A stretch of DNA of 63,929 nucleotides, filler included, from an uncultured bacterium (GTDB lineage: Bacteria > DAOPZR01): assembly GCA_964637655.1 (NCBI GenBank). It is 5 parts of 5 records of this genome, joined end to end, with 100 filler letters (N's around TTAATTAATTAA, not from the genome) between each part and the next. Parts side by side here need not be neighbours in the genome. Positions count along the whole stretch, not along the records: positions 27,749 to 41,495 come from CAZWUZ010000075.1; positions 41,596 to 55,304 come from CAZWUZ010000076.1; 3 more parts are not named here. The stretch is one strand, 5' to 3'. Positions 28,209 through 42,526 of the stretch are shown piece after piece. Under the pieces are notes generated by a model. The model saw nothing but the letters and a program-made list of their open reading frames with translations, had not been told where the DNA came from and searched no databases. Within the stretch, counting starts at the first letter, position 1. Every line of letters begins with the position of its first letter. Made by a program: the position numbers and the translations under genes.

Positions 28209-28837
28209 CTACTCTCCGCCCCCGTCCCTTCCCGCCAGTTCGCGCACCAGCCCGTGCCAGGCGACTGCCGCCACCGCGCCGAACGCGGGCGGAATCAGCC
28301 CGTGCGCCTCGCGGACAAAGATATGGAAGAGCTGCATGGCGGTCTCCGCGTCACACAGCGCGCGATGCGCCTGCGGCTGCTCGACCCCGAACCGCTCCGC
28401 CAGCAGCGGCAGGGCGTGGCGCCGACCGGGATAGAGCCGGCGCGCCATGGTCAGCGTATCGAGCACCCCGGTATCAGGGAGTTCCTGCCCGGCCGTGCGC
28501 GCGGCGGCGATGATGAACGCCAGGTCAAACGGGGCATTGTGGAAGACCCAGAGCGCTCCTTCGCTGAAACGCAGGAACTCCGCGAGCACGTCCGCTACCG
28601 GGGGCGCGCTTTTCACCATCGTGTTGGTGATGCCGTGGATGCGGATGACATGGTCGGGAATCAGCCGCTGTGGGCGGATGAGCTGCTGAAAACGGTCGAT
28701 AACCAGCCCGTCGCGGCAGCGCACGCCCGCCAGCTCGACCAGTTCGCCGCCCGCGCGCGGCGAGAAGCCCGTCGTCTCCGTATCGGCAAAGACGAGGTCG
28801 ACCTCCGCCAGCGGCAGCGCGGCGAGCGTTGCGGGTA

Positions 28838-28850
<13 letters not shown>
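28209..28850 (-). CDS. DEDDh 3'-5' exonuclease (DnaQ-like)
   Basis: ADTETTG, HNAPFD, HRALCDA. Confidence 0.9.
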
Positions 28851-33093
<4,243 letters not shown>

Positions 33094-33112
<19 letters not shown>

Positions 33113-34089
33113 GTCCGTCCCAGTTTGCGCCATTTGCCCGACCAGGCGCGATCCTGCAAATGCTGCTGCAGGAATTCGAGCATGCGCCCGGTGCCGGGGT
33201 TTTCGTAGTTGTCGCCGAAAGCATGGGCCGCGCCGGGAAGGGCAAACAGTTCGACCGGTTTGCCTGCCGCCTGCAGCGCCGCGTGCAGCGCGCGCGACTG
33301 CGCGATATCGACCACGCGGTCGGCCTCGCCGTGGATAAGCAGCGCCGGACAGCCGAGTCGTCCGGCATTGTGCAGCGGGGAGCGCTCGCGGAAAATGGCT
33401 TCCGCTTCCTCCCGCGTCGTCAACCCGGCATACATGTAGAGACGCAGTTCGTTGCCTGCGGGCTGCACGCCGCCCAGTTGCCCGTAGTAATCGACGAGAC
33501 AGCGCACGCGGCTGCCCAGCGCCATCGCCGCTTTCACCGCGATGCCGCCACCCCACGAATAGCCGACGAGGCCGACGCGGTCGTCATCGACATAGGGGAG
33601 CGCCCGCAGCGCGAGCGCGGCATTGATGACGTCGTGCTCGACCCCCGGCATGAAAGGTTCGCCCGGCTGTCCCGCTGAGCCGGCATACCCGCGGTAATCA
33701 GTCATCAGCACGACGTAGCCGCGGCGCGCGAGCCCCTCGACCGTCGACTGTGTTCCCTGCCCGCGGAAGTAATGCTGCGGGTCGTAATAACCGTGAGCGA
33801 TGACGATGCCGGGCCACGGGCGGGTATCGCCGGTGGCGTGCGGCGACTGGCTGGCCGGCAGGCCCAGCAGGCCGGAGATGGTCAGTCCGTCGCTCTGGTA
33901 GCGGATAACATAGGTATGCTGCTGCGTATCGGCGGAAACCTGTTCGCCGACCGTTAGGCCGGAAACGGCATAGGTGCGGCCAGCCAGTGAGGAAATGAAG
34001 GTCGGGCGCAGGCGTTCGAGCGCCTCGCCCGCCAGCGCGGGAAAAGCCATCAATAGCAGACAGACACAGACACTTCCTATGCGCTTCAT
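33094..34089 (-). CDS. Secreted alpha/beta hydrolase (S9-like peptidase/esterase)
   Basis: Signal peptide; IAHGY, DYRGY, GYSWGG, IHGEADRVV, AHAF. Confidence 0.88.
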
Positions 34090-34155
34090 ACGGGGCTATG
34101 CTATCACTCCGCACCTTCCCCGTCAACATTCACACCGATGACCGTCACCTTTTCC

Positions 34156-34206
34156 GGTGCCAGGCACGGTAAGACGGTGCCTGGCACCTATTCTGGTGCC
34201 AGGCAC
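34156..34206. repeat. Three alternating GGTGCCAGGCAC REP-like palindromes
   Basis: GGTGCCAGGCAC 34156-34167, GTGCCTGGCACC 34177-34188, GGTGCCAGGCAC 34195-34206. Confidence 0.7.
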
Positions 34207-34262
34207 TCAACTAATGGAATTATGGGAGCACTTTGGGTGTTTTTCCGCCTGCTTGCTGACAG

Positions 34263-34685
34263 TTATGCCCAGGAGTTGCCTTGGGCCTGCGGGGTATAGG
34301 CCATTGAATAGTGGATCTGGTCGACCAGCCACTTTTTGCCGGTGCGCTGCAGCACACCGGTGATGCGGCCGGGCATGACGAATTTCTGCTTTCCTGCCCG
34401 CGCGCGCATCGTGCATTTACCGCCAAACCACGCGACGTCACCATGCCGGGCCACGCTCTGCACCAGGACGGTCATAGCGTCACTGTCGACGTGCAGAAGA
34501 TCGCGGGTGATCTGCCGGCACATGGCGCGCGCGCCGCGCACCACCTCATCCGGCCCCGTGCCGAACGAGAGCGTCTTCGTCCCCGGCACGAAATGCTGCA
34601 TGATGGCGTCAACGTCGCCGCTGCAGTAGCTCTTCGCCCATGCCTGAATGGCGCTGACAACCTGTTTTCGCTGTGTGCTGGTCAT
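34263..34685 (-). CDS. NTF2/SnoaL-like protein
   Basis: GDVDAIM...FGTGPDE...RITGVL...WLVDQIHYS. Confidence 0.85.
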   Translation of the reverse strand: MTSTQRKQVVSAIQAWAKSYCSGDVDAIMQHFVPGTKTLSFGTGPDEVVRGARAMCRQITRDLLHVDSDAMTVLVQSVARHGDVAWFGGKCTMRARAGKQKFVMPGRITGVLQRTGKKWLVDQIHYSMAYTPQAQGNSWA

Positions 34686-34705
34686 GCCTGTTTTCCTTTC
34701 GCCAA

Positions 34706-35278
34706 CTATGGGATGCTTTCCATCGCACCGACATTTGCGACGTAGCGGATGGTTTCGGACTTGTTGTAGTCGGAGTCATGCACTGACTGAATAGTGTAAT
34801 TCGTGCCATCGCTGGTGTAGACGTAGGCATTGTCCCACGGGTCTGCCGTAATGGTTGCCATATATGGACCGGACCACCCGGCGGCATTATCGCTGTAAAG
34901 TTGGATGAGCGTGGTCGCAGGGAACTGCTTGCATTCCACGTCCACCTGGTAGAGCGCCAGCGCTGAATTCATCGCGCCGATATCCCCCGCCGCCGCCCCG
35001 CATTTGCTTGGTTTATACAGGTCGAACTTTGCCAGATGCGGGCCGAAGAATTCCAGGACCAGCACCACCAGTACCAGCGCAAAGCGCAGCGCCACTTCCT
35101 TTTCGTTGTGCAGCAGGCAGCGTGCACTATGTGCCAGAATGCAGAGACCGATACCCGGCAGCACAAAGAGAGTGGTCAGTAACAGTATCTCATAGTAATG
35201 CTGGCCCACCGTAGGCGCCATGATGATTGCGGCAGCAACCGCCGCCAGTATCATCCCCGCGTGGGTAATCTGCTTCAT
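34706..35278 (-). CDS. Membrane protein with GspG-like (T2SSG) C-terminal domain, paralog 1
   Basis: DI.AMNSALALYQVD...FP...W.GPYM...DPW.NAY.Y; N-terminal TMs without a prepilin motif. Confidence 0.75.
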   Translation of the reverse strand: MKQITHAGMILAAVAAAIIMAPTVGQHYYEILLLTTLFVLPGIGLCILAHSARCLLHNEKEVALRFALVLVVLVLEFFGPHLAKFDLYKPSKCGAAAGDIGAMNSALALYQVDVECKQFPATTLIQLYSDNAAGWSGPYMATITADPWDNAYVYTSDGTNYTIQSVHDSDYNKSETIRYVANVGAMESIP

Positions 35279-35691
35279 TGTTGCATCGATGACGGTTGGA
35301 GGAGGCGCAGGCCGAAGCGCCGGAACGGGGCGAAGCCCCGGTCGCGGGTCAGCAGGGTGCCGATGGCAATGGCATCCGCTGCGATAAGAAAATCAGGCAG
35401 GATACGGTCACATCGTTTCCGGCCGCTACGCACCGCCAGTTCCGCCGCCTGCCAGCAGGGCGCGCACCCGGTCGGACGCACCTGCAGGCCGGTAAGCCGG
35501 AGAAAATCATCCAGCTGCGTGCGACTGCGTCCCTGCCGTTTGAAAAATACCGCCAGTTCCGCGTAGATGACGTGGTTGATGAACAGGGATGTGCCCTGCT
35601 CCTGCAGGCGGTTGAGGGTCGCCGCCGAGCGCTGCGCTTCGCGCTGTCCCAGCAGGATATCGAGCAGTACACACGAATCGACGAGGATCAT
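35275..35691 (-). CDS. VapC-like PIN toxin
   Basis: MILVDSCVLLDI...IYAEL...ILPDFLIAA...LLTRD. Confidence 0.9.
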   Translation of the reverse strand: MILVDSCVLLDILLGQREAQRSAATLNRLQEQGTSLFINHVIYAELAVFFKRQGRSRTQLDDFLRLTGLQVRPTGCAPCWQAAELAVRSGRKRCDRILPDFLIAADAIAIGTLLTRDRGFAPFRRFGLRLLQPSSMQQ

Positions 35692-35906
35692 CGCGTGCGC
35701 CCGCGCAGTCGGGCGACGGTCTTCTCCTGTTCGCGTTTCGGCAGGCGCCCCAGATGTCCGACCCACTTGGCAAAGCCGGTCACCTTACGCCGCAGTTGCA
35801 CCGCACCGCCGCGGCAGGCAAATTCCACCTCGTCCCCAGGCCCGACGCCGAGGGCTTCACGCACGCGGCGCGGCACCGTGATTTGCCCCTTGGCTGACAG
35901 TTTCAT
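35688..35906 (-). CDS. AbrB/MazE/SpoVT antitoxin
   Basis: MKLSAKGQITVPRRVREALGVGPGDEVEF. Confidence 0.92.
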   Translation of the reverse strand: MKLSAKGQITVPRRVREALGVGPGDEVEFACRGGAVQLRRKVTGFAKWVGHLGRLPKREQEKTVARLRGRTR

Positions 35907-35935
35907 AAAGTTCTCCTTACCGATACATACTACAT

Positions 35936-35976
35936 ATTTTACCATATTTATTTGTAAAGTCAATATACCTTTACAA
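35936..35976 (-). promoter_or_regulatory. TA promoter with inverted-repeat operator
   Basis: Minus strand TTGACT-N16-TAAAAT; IR TTGTAAAG-N9-CTTTACAA (35952-35976) overlapping the -35. Confidence 0.6.
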
Positions 35977-35983
35977 TATCACT

Positions 35984-36568
35984 TTACATTGGCAGGCTTT
36001 CCATCTTGCCGCCAGCTGCAATGTAGCGAATGGTTTCGGACTTGTTGTAGTCGGAATCATGCACGGACTGGAGGGTGTAATTCGTCCCGTCGCTGGTGTA
36101 GGTATAGGCGTTGCCCCATGGGTCGGGGGTGATGGTCGCCATGTAGGGGCCGGCCCACCCGGCGGCATTGTCGCTGTAGAGTTGCATGAGCGTGGTCGCA
36201 GGGAACTGCTTGCATTCCACATCCACCTGGTAAAGCGCCAGCGCGCTGTTCATTGCACTGATATCCCCCATGGTAGCACCGGGTTTTGATTTTTCCTGGG
36301 GTGACAACAGTTTAGCCGGAAAATGAAAGGCGAGGCATTCGGCGACCAGCAAGCCAACTATGAGCAACACAAATACGGCCCGCAACTCTTTCCCCGCCCG
36401 TAGACAGTCACGGAAATGCAGCAGGACGATGCCAAGGGCAAGCGGTATCACCAGCAGCGAAAGCATGACCGCTCTTTCCGTCCTGAACGAGGGCAACATA
36501 ATGACGGCGGCGAAGATAACGAGCAGCCAACTCGGACCAAACTCGGGTTGCTTCGGTTCGTCGTTCAT
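35984..36568 (-). CDS. Membrane protein with GspG-like C-terminal domain, paralog 2
   Basis: C-terminal ~90 aa nearly identical to paralog 1; different N-terminal TMs. Confidence 0.75.
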   Translation of the reverse strand: MNDEPKQPEFGPSWLLVIFAAVIMLPSFRTERAVMLSLLVIPLALGIVLLHFRDCLRAGKELRAVFVLLIVGLLVAECLAFHFPAKLLSPQEKSKPGATMGDISAMNSALALYQVDVECKQFPATTLMQLYSDNAAGWAGPYMATITPDPWGNAYTYTSDGTNYTLQSVHDSDYNKSETIRYIAAGGKMESLPM

Positions 36569-37170
36569 GCGGTCACGAAAGGGTTATGGCGGCGCTCGTG
36601 CGCCAGCGTGGTTGACGGGCCATGCCCGCAATGCACCACGCGGTCCCCCAGCGCGTAGAGTTTCCTGATGGATGCGGCCAGCGACTCCATGCTGCCACCG
36701 GGGAAGTCGGTGCGGCCCACCGACTCGTGAAAGAGCGTATCACCCGCCACCAGCGTATCGCCGAAGTCAAAACAGATGCCGCCCGCGGTATGCCCCGGCG
36801 TGTGGATGACCGCGGTGTCCAGCCCGGCAAGGCGCAGCGTTTCGCCACCCTGCAGCAGCGTCAGCTGTGCTTGCACGCTGAGCTGCTGCCCGAGGAACGC
36901 GGAAAGGTTCAGTTGCGGGTCAGGGAGCATCGGCGCATCCAGCGCATGGATGTAGACAGGCGCCCCGGTGGCCTGATGCAGTTCGTCCACAGCGCCGATA
37001 TGGTCGACATGCCCGTGCGTGAGCAGTATTGCCGCCGCCTTTTTCTCGTCAACCAGGCGCAGGATTTTCTTCGCCTCGTCGCCCGGGTCGACAATCAGGC
37101 ATTCCCCATCATGGACAATAACATGGCAGTTGGTGCCGAGTTGCCCGACCGCCAGTGTTGTCAGCTGCAT
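36565..37170 (-). CDS. MBL-fold metallo-hydrolase (glyoxalase II-like)
   Basis: THGHVDHIG, HTPGHT, GDTLF, GRTDFPGG, GHG. Confidence 0.93.
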   Translation of the reverse strand: MQLTTLAVGQLGTNCHVIVHDGECLIVDPGDEAKKILRLVDEKKAAAILLTHGHVDHIGAVDELHQATGAPVYIHALDAPMLPDPQLNLSAFLGQQLSVQAQLTLLQGGETLRLAGLDTAVIHTPGHTAGGICFDFGDTLVAGDTLFHESVGRTDFPGGSMESLAASIRKLYALGDRVVHCGHGPSTTLAHERRHNPFVTA

Positions 37171-37173
37171 ATG

Positions 37174-37323
37174 CCCTCACCTGCCGCTGCGCGGCTTCCT
37201 CTCCCAAAGGGAGAGGAGACAGAATGCCCACGCTGCCGCTGGCAGCGACTTCTGCGGCTTCCTGCGGAAGCCTTGAAGCCACCTGCCGCTGCGCGGCTTC
37301 CAATCCCGCGATGCGGGAGAGGG
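37174..37323 (-). repeat. Two copies of CACCTGCCGCTGCGCGGCTTCC-hairpin REP-like element
   Basis: Copies at 37174-37216 and 37280-37323; third copy at 38721-38765. Confidence 0.8.
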
Positions 37324-37342
37324 AACGTACGATACATCAACT

Positions 37343-37792
37343 TCACGGCATATCCGCTTCCACGTCGATGATGAAGGTGACCGGCCCGTCATTGACGATA
37401 TGCACCTGCATCTCCGTGCGGAACCAGCCCGTCACCACGGGGATGCCCGCGGCGCGCACCGCCTCAACCAGTGTATCGAAGAGCGGCTGCGCAATATCGG
37501 GCGCGGCGGCACGGATAAACGACGGACGATTGCCCTTGCGCGTGTCGGCACAGAGGGTGAACTGCGAGACGAGGAGCATGCCGCCGGCGATATCCTTTAC
37601 CGACAGGTTCATCTTCCCCTGCGCATCCTCAAAGCAGCGCAGATTGACGAGACGTTCCGCGAGGCGCAGCGCCTGCGCCTCCGTGTCCCCCTGCATGACC
37701 CCGACAAGCACCGCCAAACCGCGCCCGGACCGGCGTGTTTCGCCGTTGGCACTGACCGCGCATTCCGCCGCGCGCTGCACCAGTGCCCGCAT
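37343..37792 (-). CDS. dtd: D-aminoacyl-tRNA deacylase
   Basis: MRALVQR, KMNLSV, VSQFTL, KGNRPSF, NDGPVT. Confidence 0.96.
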   Translation of the reverse strand: MRALVQRAAECAVSANGETRRSGRGLAVLVGVMQGDTEAQALRLAERLVNLRCFEDAQGKMNLSVKDIAGGMLLVSQFTLCADTRKGNRPSFIRAAAPDIAQPLFDTLVEAVRAAGIPVVTGWFRTEMQVHIVNDGPVTFIIDVEADMP

Positions 37793-38712
37793 CAGTGCGC
37801 CTCAATATACGCGATGGCCGCGAGTGCCGCGGTTACACCGTCGCCCGTGGCGGTCGCCACCTGGCGCGGACTGCCGCTGCGCACATCACCCGCAGCGTAG
37901 AGGCCGGGCGTACGTGTCGCCATGCTGCCATCGACGATAACCGCACCCTGCGCATCGCGCTCCGCCAGTTCGGCCAGCAGTTCGCCGCGCGGTTGCGTCC
38001 CGACAAAGATGAATACCCCGGTGACGGGAAGCACCTGCTCCGCCCCGGTTTTGACATTGCGTACCGCCAGCCCGGAAACCTTCCCCCCCGTTTCCTGCAC
38101 CGCGGTTGCCACGCTGTCCCAGACAGGAGCAACCGCCGCATGCGCGAGGAGGCGCTGCCCCATGACTTTCTCCGCACGCAGCGTATCGCGGCGATGAACG
38201 AGGTAAAGTTTCTTCGCGAAGCGGGTGAGGAAAAGCGCTTCCTTGACCGCGGTGTCACCGCCGCCGACAACGGCGATTTCCTGCCCGCGGAAAAAGGCAC
38301 CGTCGCAGGTGGCGCAGTAGGAGACGCCGCGCCCGGTCAGTTCCGTTTCGCCCGGGATACCGAGTTGCTTCCAGCGGCTCCCCGCGGCATGGATAACCGC
38401 GCGGGCGCGCACTTCTTCGCTACCCGCCTGCAGGACAAAACGGTCGCCATCGCGGCAGATGGCGCTCACGTTCCATTGTTCGATACGCGCGCCCATCGCC
38501 TGCGCCTGCGCCGCCATGGCGGCACCGAGGTCATACCCCTGCACCTGCTGCGCGAAGCCCGGGTAGTTCTCCAGCGCCTCGGCGAGGTTCATCTGTCCGC
38601 CCGGCATCTGCTCTTCGCAGACAACCGTCGAGAGCAGCGCCCGGGACGTATAGATGGCGGCGGTCAGGCCGGCCGGCCCGCCCCCGATAATGGCCACATC
38701 GCATTCCTGCAT
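37792..38712 (-). CDS. trxB: Thioredoxin-disulfide reductase
   Basis: GGGPAGLTAAIY, GRGVSYCATCDG, GGGDTA, YAAGDV. Confidence 0.96.
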   Translation of the reverse strand: MQECDVAIIGGGPAGLTAAIYTSRALLSTVVCEEQMPGGQMNLAEALENYPGFAQQVQGYDLGAAMAAQAQAMGARIEQWNVSAICRDGDRFVLQAGSEEVRARAVIHAAGSRWKQLGIPGETELTGRGVSYCATCDGAFFRGQEIAVVGGGDTAVKEALFLTRFAKKLYLVHRRDTLRAEKVMGQRLLAHAAVAPVWDSVATAVQETGGKVSGLAVRNVKTGAEQVLPVTGVFIFVGTQPRGELLAELAERDAQGAVIVDGSMATRTPGLYAAGDVRSGSPRQVATATGDGVTAALAAIAYIEAH

Positions 38713-38720
38713 GGCGCAAC

Positions 38721-38765
38721 CCCCTCACCTGCCGCTGCGCGGCTTCCTCTCCCGGAGGGAGAGGG
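38721..38765 (-). repeat. REP-like element, copy of 37174-37216
   Basis: CCCTCACCTGCCGCTGCGCGGCTTCCTCTCCCGGAGGGAGAGGG. Confidence 0.8.
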
Positions 38766-38854
38766 AACTTACAATCAACAGCCCGATCGCATTCTACCTT
38801 TCCCGGCAGGTGCCCGCAATTGTGGGGCGGCAACGGATAAGATACAATCGCGGC

Positions 38855-39538
38855 ATGAAGCTGTCGGTGGTCATTCCCGTCTATAACGAGCGGCAGACGC
38901 TCGAGGAGTTGCTGCGGCGCGTGCACGCGGTCGGTGTCGACAAGCAGGTGGTCATCGTCGACGACGGTTCGACGGACGGCACCCGCGACCTGCTGCGATC
39001 GCGTCCCGCACGTCCTGACGAGACCATCGTCTACCATGAGCGCAACCAGGGTAAGGGGATGGCACTGCGCACGGGCTTTGCCCACGCGACGGGCGAGGTC
39101 GTGCTCGTGCAGGATGCCGACCTCGAGTACGACCCGCGCGACTATCCTGCGCTGCTCGCCCCGTTTTCCGACCCGCAGGTGCAGGTGGTTTACGGGTCGC
39201 GCATCCTCGGGGCAAGCCCGGGCCGTTCGAGTTTCTGGTTTTACTGGGGAGGGCGCTTCCTCTCGCTGCTCACCTCGCTGCTCTACGGCACGCACCTGAC
39301 GGACGAGGCGACCTGCTACAAGGCCTTCCGGCGCGACCTGCTTCTTTCCATCCCGCTGGAGTGTACGGGCTTCGAGTTCTGCCCGGAAATCACCGCCAAG
39401 CTGCTGCGGCGCGGCATCCGCATCGTCGAGGTTCCCATCCACTACTACCCGCGCTCGCATGCCGAGGGGAAGAAAATCACCTGGCGCGACGGGGTGATTG
39501 CCATCCGCATGCTGCTGCGCTACCGCTTCCGTGACTGA
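38855..39538 (+). CDS. GT2 glycosyltransferase (DPM1-like)
   Basis: MKLSVVIPVYNE, VDDGSTDGT, NQGKG, QDADLEYDP, GKKITWRDG. Confidence 0.93.
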   Translation: MKLSVVIPVYNERQTLEELLRRVHAVGVDKQVVIVDDGSTDGTRDLLRSRPARPDETIVYHERNQGKGMALRTGFAHATGEVVLVQDADLEYDPRDYPALLAPFSDPQVQVVYGSRILGASPGRSSFWFYWGGRFLSLLTSLLYGTHLTDEATCYKAFRRDLLLSIPLECTGFEFCPEITAKLLRRGIRIVEVPIHYYPRSHAEGKKITWRDGVIAIRMLLRYRFRD

Positions 39539-39797
39539 GTTGCCTGCATGAACATTCCCGCCCGCCGTACCGTCGTGCGGCTCATCGCCCGCTACCGTCA
39601 CCACATGGTTGCGCACCCGCATCCGGCCAACCGGGCGGAGTCACGACAATGACCGTCGGGAAACGGCAGTGCGTCGTGCGCCTGATAGCGCGCCTGAACG
39701 TCGGCGGGCCGGCACGCCATGTGGCGTGGCTTTGCGCGCGGCACCGTTGCACTCTGTTTACGCATGTGCCGGGAACGCTGCCGGCGGAGCCGCGCGC

Positions 39798-41152
39798 ATG
39801 ACGCTCCCCGCCCGCCGTACCGTCGTGCGGCTCATCGCCCGCCTGAACGTCGGCGGGCCGGCACGCCATGTGGCGTGGCTCTGCGCACGCCTCGACCCGC
39901 AGCGCTTCCGCAGCGTGCTCGCCTGCGGACGGGTCGAAAATAACGAGGAGGAACTCGCGGATTTTGCGCGGGCGCTGGGGGTGCAGCCGCACTACCTGCC
40001 GGCGATGCGCCGCTCCATCGGTCCGCACGACCTGCTGGCACTCCCCGGTGTCTTTGCCCTGCTCTGGCGCGAACAGCCCGACATCATCCACACGCACACG
40101 GCCAAGGCGGGTTTTCTCGGGCGCAGCGCNNNNNNNNNNTATTTTCGCCGCTACTTCTTTGGTCATTTTCCCACCTCCGCCAGGGTCTTGCCGGCCACCA
40201 GGTGCTCGCGCACCAGGCGCAACACGTCCAGGGCGGCGGCGTCTAGCACCCGCACACGGCCACGGCGGGTTTTCTCGGGCGCAGCGCCGCCATCCTCTAC
40301 AACCTGCTGCGCCGCCTGTGCGGGCGCCCGCGGGCGAAGGTCTTTCACACCTTCCACGGGCATACCTTCCGCGGCTACCATGCCCCGTGGCTGAACCGCG
40401 TCATCCTCATCATCGAGCGGTTTCTGGCGCGGCATACCGACGCCATCATCACCATCTCGCCGCGGCAGCGGGACGAAATCTGCGGCACGTTCAGGGTGGG
40501 ACGCCCGGAGCAGTTCCGGATCATCCCGCTCGGGCTCGAACTGAGCCCGTTTGACCGCCTCGACGCGTATCGCGGTCGCCTGCGTGCACTGTTCCATGTG
40601 GCGGAGGAGTCGTTCATCATCGGCATCGTCGGGCGGCTCACCGCCATCAAGAATCACCGGCGCTTTCTCGCGGTCTGTGCGCGACTGCGCGAGCGTCATG
40701 GCGAATTGTGCCGTGCACGGCAGGTGCGCTTCGCGGTCATCGGCGACGGCGAACTGCGCCAGCCACTGGAAACGGAAGCGCGGACGCTCGGGCTGCTGCC
40801 CGACCTCTTCGTCTCCGGCAACCTCGATGACCCGCTCGTCTATCTTGCCGATCTCTCGGCACTGGTTCTCACCTCGGACAACGAGGGGACCCCGCTGACC
40901 ATCATCGAAGCGATGGCCTGCGGCATCCCGGTAGTGGCGGGCGATGTGGGCGGAGTGGCGGACCTGCTCGGTGACAGCGAGCGGGGGCTGCTGGTGCCGC
41001 ATGACGACAGCGATGCCTTCGCGGATGCGCTTGCCCGCCTGCTGCAGGATGCTACGCTGGCGCAGCAGTGCGCGCAGCGCGGGCGGGAATTCGTCCGCCG
41101 CCAGTACGCGGTCGAACGCCTCGTCCGCGACATCGACGCGCTTTATTCCTGA
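39798..41152 (+). CDS. GT4 glycosyltransferase, disrupted by a scaffold gap
   Basis: IARLNVGGPARHV, HTHTAKAGFLGR, HTFHGH, VGRLTAIKNH, NEGTPLTIIEAMA; 10-N gap at 40130-40139 with duplicated flanks. Confidence 0.8.
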
Positions 41153-41495
41153 CGCAGCCAGGTGGTCAGGTTGACCTCCTTGTGACGCAGGCGCAGCTTG
41201 CGGCGGATATTGTTGCGGTGTACCTGTACCGTCCCCGCGCTCAGGCTGAGTGACGCGGCAATCTCCTTGCCGCTATAACCGTTGCGAATCAGGCTGCAGA
41301 TTTCCATTTCCCGGGGGCTGAGACGTCCCAGCGCCTCCTTCAGCCGGGGATGCAGTTCCCGCGTCGCGGCATGCAGGTTCTCCTCGATGATATCCAGGTA
41401 GCGCTGTTCGATGGTCGTCGCCTTGCGCCGCAGGCGGTGCAGGGTGGGGAGCAGCAGTTTGTCGAGCATCGCCTGCATGGCGCGGTGCATCTCCT
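41143..41495 (-). CDS. LuxR-type HTH regulator, 5' truncated
   Basis: LSPREMEICSLIRNGYSGKEIA...TVQVHRNNIRRKL. Confidence 0.85.
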
Positions 41496-41595
41496 NNNNN
41501 NNNNNNNNNNNNNNNNNNNNNNNNNNNNNNNNNNNNNNNTTAATTAATTAANNNNNNNNNNNNNNNNNNNNNNNNNNNNNNNNNNNNNNNNNNNN
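41496..41595. other. Artificial contig linker
   Basis: N-TTAATTAATTAA-N. Confidence 0.98.
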
Positions 41596-41766
41596 CGTGG
41601 GGCAAAGCGGCAGTTTACCTTTTTACCCTCTCCCTAAGGGAGAGGGCCGGGTGGCTGCCAGTCATCCCGGCGGGATGACGCCGCAGTCGCTGCCGCAGGC
41701 AGCGTGGGGGCAAAGCGGCAGTTTACCTTTTTACCCTCTCCCTAAGGGAGAGGGAAGGGTGAGGGG
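41596..41766 (+). repeat. Direct repeat (~51 bp x2) containing the CCCTCTCCC-TAA-GGGAGAGGG REP-like hairpin
   Basis: Copies at 41596-41646 and 41703-41754; second followed by GGGTGAGGGGG. Confidence 0.8.
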
Positions 41767-41775
41767 GCCTTAGCC

Positions 41776-42522
41776 ATGAAGAACGTTCTGCTGATACTCG
41801 CACTGATGGTGCTGCTGGCACTGCCCGCCATGGCGGAGAAGGCGGCGACGCTGGAGAGTTTCAGCGGACCGGTTGAGGTCCGCGCCACTGCGTCCGGCGC
41901 CTGGACCGCGGCGACTGCCGGCATGGACCTCGACCGCGCCGCCACCGTGCGCGCCGGCGTCAACGCCACCGCGAAAATCGTTGCGGTCAACGGTCGCACC
42001 TTCCAGCTCCGCCCCAACTCGCAGTTTGCTGTGCAACTCCTGCTCGTCACCGTGCCCGCCAATGAGCGCGTGGCGCAGCTGCGCCAGCAGATGGCGAATC
42101 AGCCGCAGCGCAGCACCGCGGTGGTCGGGGCCATGGGCGTGCGCGGCGAAGGCATCGACGAGGCGCGCGTCAACCGTTACCTCGTCTGGGAAGAGTCAGT
42201 CAGCGAAGAGGACAAGCAGGTCCAGCAACTGTATAACACCGGCATTTCGCTGCTCAAGGGCGGCATGGTCGACGAGGCGCTGGCGCAGTTCCAGGCCATC
42301 GTCGCCGACCACGCGACCAGCAGCGTCGTCGATGACGCCGCCTACATGGTCGCCAACATCTTCGAGCGCGACCTCAAGGCCCCCGACGTCGCGCGCGAGC
42401 AGTACGCGCGCTTCGTCGAGACCTATCCGCGCAGCCAGTTCCGCCACGCCGCCGAGCGCGCCGTCCAGCGCCTCGCCGCCGCGGTTCCGGTTTCTTCGCC
42501 CGAGGCAACCACGGAACAATAG
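41776..42522 (+). CDS. Secreted FecR-like domain plus TPR (BamD/YbgF-like) protein
   Basis: Signal peptide; SGPVEVR...W..A..GM.L, GAMGVRG; helical repeat ALAQFQAIV...DDAAY...FVETYPRS. Confidence 0.7.
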   Translation: MKNVLLILALMVLLALPAMAEKAATLESFSGPVEVRATASGAWTAATAGMDLDRAATVRAGVNATAKIVAVNGRTFQLRPNSQFAVQLLLVTVPANERVAQLRQQMANQPQRSTAVVGAMGVRGEGIDEARVNRYLVWEESVSEEDKQVQQLYNTGISLLKGGMVDEALAQFQAIVADHATSSVVDDAAYMVANIFERDLKAPDVAREQYARFVETYPRSQFRHAAERAVQRLAAAVPVSSPEATTEQ

Positions 42523-42526
42523 CGTC

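Noticed and set aside
34706-36568. GspG-like duplicate as a DGR template/variable repeat pair
   Set aside because: Differences are mostly synonymous and not adenine-specific, both copies are coding, and there is no reverse transcriptase
41873-42526. N-terminal 218 aa of the 1478-aa ORF
   Set aside because: It overlaps the real 41776-42522 gene in another frame; the signal-like segment begins after 42527
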